The position numbers and the translations under genes were made by a program. Shown piece after piece: positions 9,718 to 18,776 of a stretch of 61,566 nucleotides of DNA (position 1 is its first letter; each line of letters starts with the position of its first letter). The notes beneath the pieces were generated by a model. The model was not told the origin of the DNA. It worked only from the letters and a program-made list of their open reading frames with translations, and made no database searches. Source of the stretch: Clostridia bacterium (GTDB lineage Bacteria; Bacillota; Clostridia; Acetivibrionales; JBAZRJ01); contig JBAZRJ010000005.1 of NCBI GenBank assembly GCA_041662985.1, forward strand, positions 1 to 61,566. The letters run 5' to 3'.

Positions 9718-11547
9718 ATGATTTCAGATGATTTAAACGAGTATTCGGATAGTAAATCAAAAAAATTTTCATTAACAAGAATTGAACACACCCTCAACGG
9801 CAAACTTATACCGATAATACTAATTTCTATTGTTGCTCTTCTTGCATATAGCAATACTTTTAACGCACCCTTTGAACTTGATGACTTTGGGTCAATCAGC
9901 AACAATTATTCCATACAGACTCCATTTGATTTCGTCGCAATGTGGCATTTTTACTCAAGCCGGATAGTTGCTTACTTCACTTTTTCCATTAATTATTTCT
10001 TCGGTCAAAATTCCGAGGTTGGATATCATGTAGTAAACCTAATTATTCATATTTTGAGCGGGTTTTTATTCTTTTTAATATTCAGAATCATTCTCGGATT
10101 TGAATATTTTAAAAACAAATCGCTGCAAAAGTATAAAAACATTATTTGTCTTTTGTCTGCCGTTATTTTTATTGTTCATCCAATTAATACAAGTGCCGTG
10201 ACATATATTGTTCAAAGGATAGCATCTCTTGCCGCAATGTTTATTTTATTGTCAATATATTTTTATCTGAAATATCGCACCACCAACAAATTAATTTACT
10301 TTTTTTTATCTTTTCTTTCTACGATCATTGCCATGTTTACAAAGGAAAATTCAATTACGATTCCTATATTAATAATAACCGTAGAAATTCTTTTCCTTTT
10401 AAAAGAATTTCGTTTGAAACCGTTAAAAAGAATTGCAATTTTATTTATATTATCACTGACGATATTTATCGTACCTGTTACAAATCTTTATCTTGACGGC
10501 TATAACCAAAGCGACCCCAATACAACTTTTAAGGCAAGCACTTCGATGGACAGATTTCATTACCTGACTACCGAGATTAATGTCGTTTCAAGATATGTCG
10601 AGCAGATGTTGATTCCCGATAGACAGAATTTTGACTATGCTGACTCGTTTCCCAAATCAAAGACTATTTTCGAAAACAATACATATATTTCGCTGATAGT
10701 CATATTTCTTACTCTTTTGATGGCAATATTGTGTATTCGAAGAAACAAACTTATTTCTTTGGGAATATTCTGGTTTTATATCGGTCTCTCGGTCGAATCC
10801 ACTTTAATATCCATAAAAGATGTGTATTTTGAGCACAGATTGTATTTTTCTTCGGTTGGATTCGTTATATTCCTGGTCGGCATTATTTTTGCTGCATTTA
10901 GAATATTCCGCAGGCATTTTTCTTTTGAAAAACCCCTTTTGTTTTTCCTGGTGTTCTGCATTTTCACAATACCTCTTTACTCTGGTCTGACTTTAAAAAG
11001 AAATTATTTATTCAGCAGCGACATTCTTCTTTGGAGCGATGTTGTCAGTAAAAGTCCGTCAAGCGACAGAGCACATACATCGTTGGGTACCGGATATTTG
11101 AACAGTTACAACAACGCAGGGGTCAACCAAAACAAGTATCTGAGACATGCAGAAAAACAGTTTAATAAAGCGATTTCAATAAATCCCGAAAACAGCGTCG
11201 CTTCATCAAATTTATCAAAGGTCTATCTCCTCCAAAAAAGATACAGGGAATGTATCAATCAGGCTACATATACTCTTGCCTTGGTGGAAACAACATACGC
11301 TTATCACAATCTGGGATCTGCATATGAGAATACCGGTAAAAACAAACTGGCATTGGAAGCATATCTTAATGGGTACAGAATCGATAACAGAAAATTATTT
11401 ATACTCGAAGATGTAGGTAATTTATATTTCAAATTAGGCAATTATAAGATGGCAAGATTTTATTATAATAAATATTATAAATACAAAAAGTATGAGGACA
11501 GTTCTGTTATTGATCAAAAGATGGCCTATATTAAAAAGCATCTGTAA
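9718..11547 (+). CDS. polytopic membrane protein with C-terminal TPR repeats (TMTC/PMT-like GT-C candidate)
   Basis: 609 aa. The N-terminal ~430 aa carry many hydrophobic helices. The C-terminal ~150 aa carry TPR-like repeats (AEKQFNKAISINPEN, AYHNLGSAYENTGKNKLALEAY, GNLYFKLGNYKMARFYY). One of only two plus-strand genes. Confidence 0.7.
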   Translation: MISDDLNEYSDSKSKKFSLTRIEHTLNGKLIPIILISIVALLAYSNTFNAPFELDDFGSISNNYSIQTPFDFVAMWHFYSSRIVAYFTFSINYFFGQNSEVGYHVVNLIIHILSGFLFFLIFRIILGFEYFKNKSLQKYKNIICLLSAVIFIVHPINTSAVTYIVQRIASLAAMFILLSIYFYLKYRTTNKLIYFFLSFLSTIIAMFTKENSITIPILIITVEILFLLKEFRLKPLKRIAILFILSLTIFIVPVTNLYLDGYNQSDPNTTFKASTSMDRFHYLTTEINVVSRYVEQMLIPDRQNFDYADSFPKSKTIFENNTYISLIVIFLTLLMAILCIRRNKLISLGIFWFYIGLSVESTLISIKDVYFEHRLYFSSVGFVIFLVGIIFAAFRIFRRHFSFEKPLLFFLVFCIFTIPLYSGLTLKRNYLFSSDILLWSDVVSKSPSSDRAHTSLGTGYLNSYNNAGVNQNKYLRHAEKQFNKAISINPENSVASSNLSKVYLLQKRYRECINQATYTLALVETTYAYHNLGSAYENTGKNKLALEAYLNGYRIDNRKLFILEDVGNLYFKLGNYKMARFYYNKYYKYKKYEDSSVIDQKMAYIKKHL

Positions 11548-11549
11548 TA

Positions 11550-11837
11550 TCAATCTCTTACCGGTATTTTTATCTCCATACCCTCATAGATAGTCGCATC
11601 TGTAAGATTGTTTTTAATTTGAAGGTTGTAGACATTTTCTCTTACATCACCCTGCTTTATATATTTTTGTGCAATGCTCCAGAGTGTATCACCGGCTCGT
11701 ACTGTGATCTTTTCATATTTTGGTGTTTTATATCCGTATGCTGTAGTCGACGAAACCAGAGAAACAAATATAACCGCCAAAATAAGTATTATCGCTGAAA
11801 ATCTTTTTTTGTTCTTTAATACATATTTCTTCTTCAT
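11550..11837 (-). CDS. yneA: YneA-like SOS-induced cell-division inhibitor (N-terminal TM helix plus LysM)
   Basis: MKKKYVLKNKKRFSAIILILAVIFVSLVSS followed by the LysM core ITVRAGDTLWSIAQKY...YEGMEIKIPV. Divergent from lexA and behind an operator-covered promoter. Start at ATG 11837, after GGAGGGGAG. Confidence 0.75.
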   Translation of the reverse strand: MKKKYVLKNKKRFSAIILILAVIFVSLVSSTTAYGYKTPKYEKITVRAGDTLWSIAQKYIKQGDVRENVYNLQIKNNLTDATIYEGMEIKIPVRD

Positions 11838-11855
11838 ATTACTCCCCTCCATGCA

Positions 11856-11867
11856 GAACGTATGTTC
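11856..11867. promoter_or_regulatory. LexA (Cheo) box 1, GAACGTATGTTC
   Basis: Perfect GAAC-N4-GTTC palindrome between the yneA-like -10 element and its start codon. Confidence 0.85.
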
Positions 11868-11875
11868 TTATTGTT

Positions 11876-11904
11876 AGTATAATCGAACATACGTTCTTTG
11901 TCAA
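11876..11904 (-). promoter_or_regulatory. sigma-A promoter of the yneA-like gene (TTGACA-17-TATACT)
   Basis: The minus strand reads TTGACAaagaacgtatgttcgatTATACT. LexA box 2 fills the spacer. Confidence 0.7.
11885..11896. promoter_or_regulatory. LexA (Cheo) box 2, GAACATACGTTC
   Basis: Perfect GAAC-N4-GTTC palindrome inside the yneA-like promoter spacer. Confidence 0.85.
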
Positions 11905-11922
11905 TGCTTTTTTTAAAAAAAC

Positions 11923-11934
11923 GAACATAAGTTT
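11923..11934. promoter_or_regulatory. LexA box 3 (GAACATAAGTTT, one half degenerate)
   Basis: CGAACATAAGTTTG abuts the -35 of the lexA promoter, which fits autoregulation. Confidence 0.6.
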
Positions 11935-11960
11935 GCTTTTTTGAAATCTTATGTTATAAT
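11933..11960 (+). promoter_or_regulatory. lexA promoter (TTGCTT-16-TGtTATAAT, extended -10)
   Basis: Read directly from the sequence; 33 nt upstream of the lexA ATG. Confidence 0.55.
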
Positions 11961-11993
11961 GTTGTTAAATTACAAAAGATTGGAGTGTTTTTT

Positions 11994-12632
11994 ATGCAGA
12001 AAAAACCAAATGAAAACCAGCAGAAAATTCTCGATTTTGTAAACAAACAAGTTTCAGAAAACGGCTATCCTCCTTCCGTGAGAGAAATATGCGGAGCCGT
12101 CGGTTTCAAATCAACTTCAACGGTACACGCCTATCTGGAGAAGCTTCAAAAATCGGGCCACATTCACAAGGACGCAACCAAGCCGAGAGCAATCAAGGTT
12201 ATGAATAATATAAAATCTAAAATTAATTCAAGCGATGACATATATCCTCAAAGAGAACTTGTTCATGTTCCCATAATCGGCAGGGTAACAGCAGGACAGC
12301 CGATTTTGGCAGTCGAAAACGTTGAAGACACTTTCCCTGTCCCAATGGATTATGTTCAAAATTCCGTTACGTTTATGCTTAGGATAAAAGGCGACAGTAT
12401 GGTTGACGCAGGGATATTTGATAACGATCTGGTATTGGTAAAACAGCAGTCCATAGCAAATAATGGAGATATCGTAGTTGCTCTGCTTGATGACGAAGCT
12501 ACAGTTAAAACTTTTTACAGGGAAGAAGGTCACATAAGACTTCAGCCGCAAAATCAGTTTTTGGAGCCGATAATTGTGCATGATAATATATCAATTTTGG
12601 GCAAAGTCACGGGTGTATTCAGAAAACTATAA
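11994..12632 (+). CDS. lexA: LexA repressor
   Basis: Winged-helix N-terminus ([27 protein letters not shown]). Ala-Gly cleavage site (VTAGQP) and Ser/Lys dyad (GDSM ... TVK). Start at ATG 11994, after GGAG. Confidence 0.96.
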   Translation: MQKKPNENQQKILDFVNKQVSENGYPPSVREICGAVGFKSTSTVHAYLEKLQKSGHIHKDATKPRAIKVMNNIKSKINSSDDIYPQRELVHVPIIGRVTAGQPILAVENVEDTFPVPMDYVQNSVTFMLRIKGDSMVDAGIFDNDLVLVKQQSIANNGDIVVALLDDEATVKTFYREEGHIRLQPQNQFLEPIIVHDNISILGKVTGVFRKL

Positions 12633-12685
12633 GATTATCATTCTACTTGCTGATTTGTCCGATTTTCAATTTATTTGATTATCAT

Positions 12686-13612
12686 TTATCCAATTATCAT
12701 TTTTTCAATTTGTACCGCTATATCGGACGGGTTTGTGTTTTCATCCACATCAATCCAAACAGTATCTTCAATCTTTCTAAACCATGTCATTTGTCTTTTG
12801 GCATAATTCCTTGTTCCTTTTTTGATTGCCTCTATCGCTTCATTAATCGATATTTCACCATTCAAATTTGAAAGTATCTCTTTGTAACCTATCCCCTGCA
12901 TCGATAAATGGTTTCTATTCAAACCCATATTTCTTAATTTTGCAACTTCTTCAATCAGCCCTGAATCAACCATTTTATTGACTCTTTTTTCAATTCTCTC
13001 GTATAGAAGCTTTCTGTCTATGTTCAGTCCTATTACCACAAATTTATATTTTGGAGGTATTCTCCTGGAGTTTTTTTGCTGTTCACTGATGGTTTTATGA
13101 GAGAGTTCATAAACTTCCAGCGCGCGAACAACTCTTTTTACATTGTTCTCATGTATTTTTTCGGCAGCTGCAAAATCAACAATTTTTAATTTATCATGAA
13201 TATACCTATTTCCCTTTTCTTTTGCTTCTTTCATGAGTTTTTCCCTGAATTTTATGTCGCGGATTGTTTCGGAAAACTCTATATTGTAAATTACCGAATT
13301 GATGTACAGGCCCGTTCCTCCGCATAAAATTGGGGTCTTGCCTTTTTCCGCAATATCATCGATATATTCCAATGCAAGTTTTTTGTATTGAGCGACAGAA
13401 AATACATCGAACGGTTCGATTTCATCAATCAAATAATGTTGCACACCCTGCATTTCATCCTTTGTGGGTTTTGCTGTGCCGATATCCATATGCTTGTATA
13501 CTTGCATCGAATCAGCCGAGATAATTTCGCCGTTTATTTTTTTTGCAAGTTCAATTGATATGTTTGTTTTCCCGGATGCTGTTGGTCCGATAATTACAAC
13601 AACGTATTTCAC
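12686..13612 (-). CDS. miaA: tRNA dimethylallyltransferase
   Basis: P-loop GPTASGKT, IPP transferase family. The GTG at 13612 has a GGAGG SD; the ORF-track ATG at 13624 lies inside that SD. Confidence 0.92.
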   Translation of the reverse strand: MKYVVVIIGPTASGKTNISIELAKKINGEIISADSMQVYKHMDIGTAKPTKDEMQGVQHYLIDEIEPFDVFSVAQYKKLALEYIDDIAEKGKTPILCGGTGLYINSVIYNIEFSETIRDIKFREKLMKEAKEKGNRYIHDKLKIVDFAAAEKIHENNVKRVVRALEVYELSHKTISEQQKNSRRIPPKYKFVVIGLNIDRKLLYERIEKRVNKMVDSGLIEEVAKLRNMGLNRNHLSMQGIGYKEILSNLNGEISINEAIEAIKKGTRNYAKRQMTWFRKIEDTVWIDVDENTNPSDIAVQIEKMIIG

Positions 13613-13695
13613 AATAACCTCCATAATCCTTCTTTACATCAATAAGACTTTTTTAAATAATTCGGAGCAGAAATCTTTTCTGACTGTGCATTGTG

Positions 13696-15678
13696 TCAAA
13701 TAATTCTTTTAAACATTTTTTCAGCCTCATATTTTGAAATCGAAATAATAGTAGGTCTGCCGTGAGGGCAAGTATAAGGGTTTTCAATCCCGGACAATCC
13801 CACGAGAATATTCTTTATCTCGCGCTCATCAAGATGTTTATTTGCCTTTACAGCGGCTTTGCAGGCTATGGTATATAAGAGATCATCCGTCTTTTTTTCA
13901 CTGTCCATGTTATCGATGCTTTGTGCCCTGTCCAACACAGATAAAAAGACGTCTCTTTCGTTTATTCCTATTCCGTCGTACGGCACTCCCCTGAGAATAA
14001 TTGAATTGCTGCCGAAGTCTTCAAAAACAAATCCTATACTCTTAAAAAAATCATCTTTATTTTGTACAAATCTGACTTCCTTCCCCGTAAGTTCAATAAC
14101 CACGGGCGTTAAAAGGGATTGGGAAAGTGTGTCGCCTTTTAAATATTTCTTCTTTAATGCTTCGTACATAATTCTTTCATGTGCAGCATGCTGGTCAATC
14201 AGTATAAGGTTTTGCCCGCATTCAAGAATAATATAGGTCGAGAAAACCTGTCCGATTATTCTTGCGTTCAATAGACTTTTTGCATCAATTTCTTTCTCCT
14301 TATTTCCCTGTAACTTAAGACCTTCTTCTTTCTCTTTATCTTCCTGTGCCCAAAGCTCTTCGTGCTTCTTTTCTTGCGGTATCGCGCCGTTTTCTGTTTG
14401 AATTACATTTTTATTTTGTTTATAACTATTATCTAAGACATCCGCTTCAGAAACAATCGTTTTCATCCTCACGAAATCATCGTTTCCGGGTTTATCGGCT
14501 GTTTCTCCTGATTTTCCTATTTCTTCTGTTGATTTGCTTATTTCTCTTCTTGCTTCATCGATTTCTTGTGAATTAGTATCGTGTTTTATGGCTTCCTGGC
14601 TATAGCGATTGTCATTTTTATTTTCATTTTTATTTTCATTGTTAAATTTAAACGCATCGTTTTTGTCAAGCAATATCTCTTTAATCAGAGTGTTTTCCTT
14701 TAATGTATTTTCGACAGCATGAAACACGCTTCTGAATACTGCCTGTTCGTCAGAAAATTTAACCTCGATTTTGGAAGGATGAACGTTAACATCGACAAAT
14801 ACCGGGTTTGTCTCAATATTCAATACAATAAATGCGTATTTGTTTTTCATTAAAAGAGTCTTGTATGCCAGATCAATTGCCGAGGAAATGATTTTGCTTT
14901 TAAAATATCTGCCGTTTATTAAAAGTGTTTGATAGTTTCTGTTTGCACGCGAAGAGTCAGGTTTCCCTGCAAATCCCGTAATCTTTACCTTTTCGTCAGA
15001 ATAATTAATCTCAAGCAGATTTTTCGCTGTATCTTTTCCGTAGATGCTGAAAATTGTGCTTAAAAGATCATTGTTTCCGGGTGTATGCATTAATACTTTG
15101 TTATTGCTAATATATTTAATTGAAATATTCGGATGGGAAAGCGCTATCCTTCCCAGAATATCTGAAATATAGCCTTCTTCGGTTGTATCTTTTTTCAAAA
15201 ATTTAAATCTTGCGGGTGTATTAAAAAACAATTCATTGACGTTGATTGATGTTCCGACAGGATGCCCCGCCTGACCTATATCTTCAATAACACCGCCCCG
15301 GATTTTAACAAATCTCCCGACCTGATTATCCTTAACCCTTGATCTCAGTTCAACGTAAGAAACAGCTGCGATGCTTGCCAGTGCTTCTCCCCTGAATCCC
15401 ATTGTTTTTATGGATTCCAGATCGTCGGCATTTCTTATTTTGCTTGTCGCATGCCTCTCAAATGAAATTTCTACATCATCCTCATCAATCCCAAAACCGT
15501 CATCAATAACCTTAATTAACTTGATTCCGCCGCTTTTGATTTCAACAGTAATATTTTTTGCATTTGCATCGATTGAATTCTCCACAAGTTCTTTTACAAG
15601 CGAAGATGGCCGGTCTATCACTTCTCCTGCAGCGATTTTATTCGATGTGTTTTCATCAAGAATGATAATTTTACCCAT
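13696..15678 (-). CDS. mutL: DNA mismatch repair protein MutL
   Basis: GHKL ATPase N-terminus (IAAGEVIDRPSSLVKELVENSIDA), low-complexity linker, and a C-terminal dimerisation/endonuclease region (DQHAAHERI). Start at ATG 15678, after AAGGAAG. Confidence 0.95.
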   Translation of the reverse strand: MGKIIILDENTSNKIAAGEVIDRPSSLVKELVENSIDANAKNITVEIKSGGIKLIKVIDDGFGIDEDDVEISFERHATSKIRNADDLESIKTMGFRGEALASIAAVSYVELRSRVKDNQVGRFVKIRGGVIEDIGQAGHPVGTSINVNELFFNTPARFKFLKKDTTEEGYISDILGRIALSHPNISIKYISNNKVLMHTPGNNDLLSTIFSIYGKDTAKNLLEINYSDEKVKITGFAGKPDSSRANRNYQTLLINGRYFKSKIISSAIDLAYKTLLMKNKYAFIVLNIETNPVFVDVNVHPSKIEVKFSDEQAVFRSVFHAVENTLKENTLIKEILLDKNDAFKFNNENKNENKNDNRYSQEAIKHDTNSQEIDEARREISKSTEEIGKSGETADKPGNDDFVRMKTIVSEADVLDNSYKQNKNVIQTENGAIPQEKKHEELWAQEDKEKEEGLKLQGNKEKEIDAKSLLNARIIGQVFSTYIILECGQNLILIDQHAAHERIMYEALKKKYLKGDTLSQSLLTPVVIELTGKEVRFVQNKDDFFKSIGFVFEDFGSNSIILRGVPYDGIGINERDVFLSVLDRAQSIDNMDSEKKTDDLLYTIACKAAVKANKHLDEREIKNILVGLSGIENPYTCPHGRPTIISISKYEAEKMFKRII

Positions 15679-15682
15679 TTTT

Positions 15683-18301
15683 TCACTTCCTTGCTTTCTT
15701 CTGAAGTTCGTACAATTCATTCAATGCGTCAAGAGGAGTTAATTTTGAAATGTCTATTTCTTTTAAGTCATCAATTATATCATCTGCCGCTTTTGTCTTA
15801 CTGTTAAACGAAGATATATCAAGCTGCCCGTCGATTGGTGCGCTCCCGCGTCTGACCCGAATTTCTTTTTTGCTTATATCTGAATCCTCAAGTTCAATCA
15901 GTATGTCTTTAGCCCTGTCGATAACAGGCTGTGGTATTCCTGCAAGCCTTGCCACCTGTATTCCATAGCTTGCGTCTGCACCGCCTCTGATTATTTTTCT
16001 TAAAAAGATTATATCCTCACCCTTTTCCTCAACAAGAATACAATAATTTTTTACTCCGGTTAGTCTCCCCTCAAGTTCGGTTAATTCATGATAATGTGTT
16101 GCAAACAATGTTCTGCAGCCGATTTTTTCTTTATCGCTGATGAACTCAATAACTGCCCATGCTATGCTTAATCCGTCAAAAGTACTCGTTCCTCTGCCGA
16201 TTTCATCCAAAATCAAAAGGCTTTTTGGTGTCGCATTGCTTATTATATTTGCAACCTCGTTCATTTCGACCATAAATGTACTCTGTCCGGAAGCGAGATC
16301 ATCAGTTGCACCGACTCTTGTAAATATTTTGTCGACAATTCCTATTGTCGCTGTCTTTGCAGGAACAAAACTTCCTATCTGAGCCATCAGTACTATAATC
16401 GCTACCTGTCTCATATATGTCGATTTCCCGGCCATATTGGGGCCTGTAATTATTGCAAGTCTGTTTTCTTCCATGTCAAGTTTAGTGCTGTTTGGCACAA
16501 ATGACCCTGAACCCAAAGTTTTCTCAACAACGGGATGTCTTCCTTCTTCGATAATAATCTCGTCCTCGCCGGTAATTTGCGGCAAGCAGTAATTTTCTCT
16601 GTCAGCTACCTCCGCCAATGAGCAGACAACGTCAATTTCAGAAATACATTTTGCTGATTTTTTTATTCTGTTCACTTGTGTCGAAATTTCATTTCTGATT
16701 TCTGCAAACAGTTCATATTCAAGAGCAGTCAGTTTTTCTTCGGCTCCAAGTATCGTGCTCTCAAGTTCTTTCAGTTCTTCGGTAATAAATCTTTCACAGT
16801 TCGCGAGTGTTTGTTTCCTTATATATGAATCAGGAACCATTTCATAATTTGATTTTGTGACCTCGATATAGTATCCAAAAACGCGGTTAAATCCGACTTT
16901 AAGATTTTTGATTCCCGTCTTTTTTCTCTCCCTGCTTTCAACATCCAAAATCCATTTTTTGCCGTCATTGGTTGCATTTCTGAATTTATCCACGTCTTTA
17001 TTAAAGCCCGCTTTTATAATTCCGCCATCCTTCAAAGACATCGGAGGATCATCATTAATCGATGAATCTATCAGTGCATGTACATCTTCAAGGACATCCA
17101 AATTATTAAAGTTTGCCTTATTCATATTGCTTTCGCTTTTTTCCATAATCATTTTAATATACGGCAGCTGACCCAAAGAATTTTTTAGCGCAATTAAATC
17201 TCTGCCGTTTACAATGCCTAAAACCACCTTACCAATAAGCCTCTCAATATCGTAAACTCTCTTTAACTGGTCTCTCAGCTCTGCACGTACCATAAACTTT
17301 TCTTTGAACTCGCCTACCGCTTCATTTCTAAATTTTATATCATCAATATTGATAAGCGGCTGCTCAATCCACTTTCTTATCTCTCTTCCGCCCATTGATG
17401 TCATTGTTTTGTCTAAAACCCAGATCAAAGTGCCTCTTCGGGACCTGTCCCGCATTGATTCCGTAAGTTCGAGATTTCTTCTCGCGGTGATATCAATACC
17501 CATATATTCTTCAATCCGATAAATATTTATTGTTTGAATATGGTCGAGATTGACCTTTTGGGTTTGTTCAAGATATTCGATTAAAGCGCCTGAGGCGTTC
17601 ATTGACAGGTCGTAATCTTTAAAGACTGCAATGTCTTCTCCAAACTTATCTTTAAGACTTTTTGAAGCATTCATGCTTTCGAAGTATTTATCGTCAAAAT
17701 TCGAAATGTAAATTTCAAATCTATTATTTATTGATTTAACGAGTATGTCGTCTGACTGCACTTCTCCGTTGACAACAATTTCGGACGGTGAAAATTTTGC
17801 GATTTCATCTAACAGTTTTGCATGAGTATTTCCCCATGAAATCTGCGTCGACAGAAATTCACCTGTTGAAACGTCGACTGTCGCTATCCCGAAGTAAAAT
17901 TTGGATTTGTATATTGACATCAGATAATTGTTTCTTTTTTCATCAAGCATCGAAGATTCTGTAACCGTACCGGGCGTCACTATTTTAACCACATCTCTTT
18001 TAACCAGTCCTTTTGCCAATGCTGGATTTTCAACCTGCTCGCAAATAGCAACCTTAAATCCCTTGTTTATAAGACGCGCAACATAATTATCCGCTGCATG
18101 AAAAGGAACACCGCACATCGGTGCCCTTTTATCAAGACCGCAATCTTTTCCCGTCAAGGTTATTTCAAGCTCTTTTGATGCCAATTCAGCATCATCATAG
18201 AACATTTCGTAAAAATCTCCGAGCCTGAAAAACAGGATACAATCCTTGTATTGTTCTTTGATATCAAGATATTGCTGCATCATCGGTGTAACCTGTGCCA
18301 T
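15683..18301 (-). CDS. mutS: DNA mismatch repair protein MutS
   Basis: TPMMQQYLDIK N-terminus, Walker A GPNMAGKST, DEIGRGTSTFDG. Start at ATG 18301. Confidence 0.96.
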   Translation of the reverse strand: MAQVTPMMQQYLDIKEQYKDCILFFRLGDFYEMFYDDAELASKELEITLTGKDCGLDKRAPMCGVPFHAADNYVARLINKGFKVAICEQVENPALAKGLVKRDVVKIVTPGTVTESSMLDEKRNNYLMSIYKSKFYFGIATVDVSTGEFLSTQISWGNTHAKLLDEIAKFSPSEIVVNGEVQSDDILVKSINNRFEIYISNFDDKYFESMNASKSLKDKFGEDIAVFKDYDLSMNASGALIEYLEQTQKVNLDHIQTINIYRIEEYMGIDITARRNLELTESMRDRSRRGTLIWVLDKTMTSMGGREIRKWIEQPLINIDDIKFRNEAVGEFKEKFMVRAELRDQLKRVYDIERLIGKVVLGIVNGRDLIALKNSLGQLPYIKMIMEKSESNMNKANFNNLDVLEDVHALIDSSINDDPPMSLKDGGIIKAGFNKDVDKFRNATNDGKKWILDVESRERKKTGIKNLKVGFNRVFGYYIEVTKSNYEMVPDSYIRKQTLANCERFITEELKELESTILGAEEKLTALEYELFAEIRNEISTQVNRIKKSAKCISEIDVVCSLAEVADRENYCLPQITGEDEIIIEEGRHPVVEKTLGSGSFVPNSTKLDMEENRLAIITGPNMAGKSTYMRQVAIIVLMAQIGSFVPAKTATIGIVDKIFTRVGATDDLASGQSTFMVEMNEVANIISNATPKSLLILDEIGRGTSTFDGLSIAWAVIEFISDKEKIGCRTLFATHYHELTELEGRLTGVKNYCILVEEKGEDIIFLRKIIRGGADASYGIQVARLAGIPQPVIDRAKDILIELEDSDISKKEIRVRRGSAPIDGQLDISSFNSKTKAADDIIDDLKEIDISKLTPLDALNELYELQKKARK

Positions 18302-18330
18302 AATATACCCCACGTTTATATAATGTTACA

Positions 18331-18717
18331 TTAATGCTTGCATCCTCCGCCGCATGTATTGCAATCATCTGACGAGCATGTCTCTTCTCCGGTTATTGCG
18401 TGTACAATCACATTATTAATCGTTTTCATCAAAGCGTCAAATTTCATTTTCGAATCAAAAAATTCGTGTGTTACATCGTAATCATTGAGCTCCTGCTGTT
18501 TCTTCATGAGCTTGTCTTTCAAAGCTTCAATTTCTGTCTTATCTTCGTTTTTCTTCACTGCATTTACTACTTCTATTTGAAATTTCTTGTATTCATTTAA
18601 AAGATTAATTGACTTTTCATCCATTTGAACAGTCTCCTCTGCAAGCGACAAACGGTTCATTTCAGGTGAATCTGCGATTAAATCTCCCAATTCTTTTGCT
18701 TTTGACATAATGTCCAT
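18331..18717 (-). CDS. YlbF/YmcA-family (UPF0342-like) protein with Cys-rich C-terminal tail
   Basis: 128-aa helical protein (AKELGDLIADSPEMNRL...LNEYKKFQ...) ending CSSDDCNTCGGGCKH. Good SD (AAGGAG). Confidence 0.65.
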   Translation of the reverse strand: MDIMSKAKELGDLIADSPEMNRLSLAEETVQMDEKSINLLNEYKKFQIEVVNAVKKNEDKTEIEALKDKLMKKQQELNDYDVTHEFFDSKMKFDALMKTINNVIVHAITGEETCSSDDCNTCGGGCKH

Positions 18718-18776
18718 ATTTTTCTCCTTCTTTTAAAATAATCTTAATTTATTATCTGATTTTACCATAAATTTTT

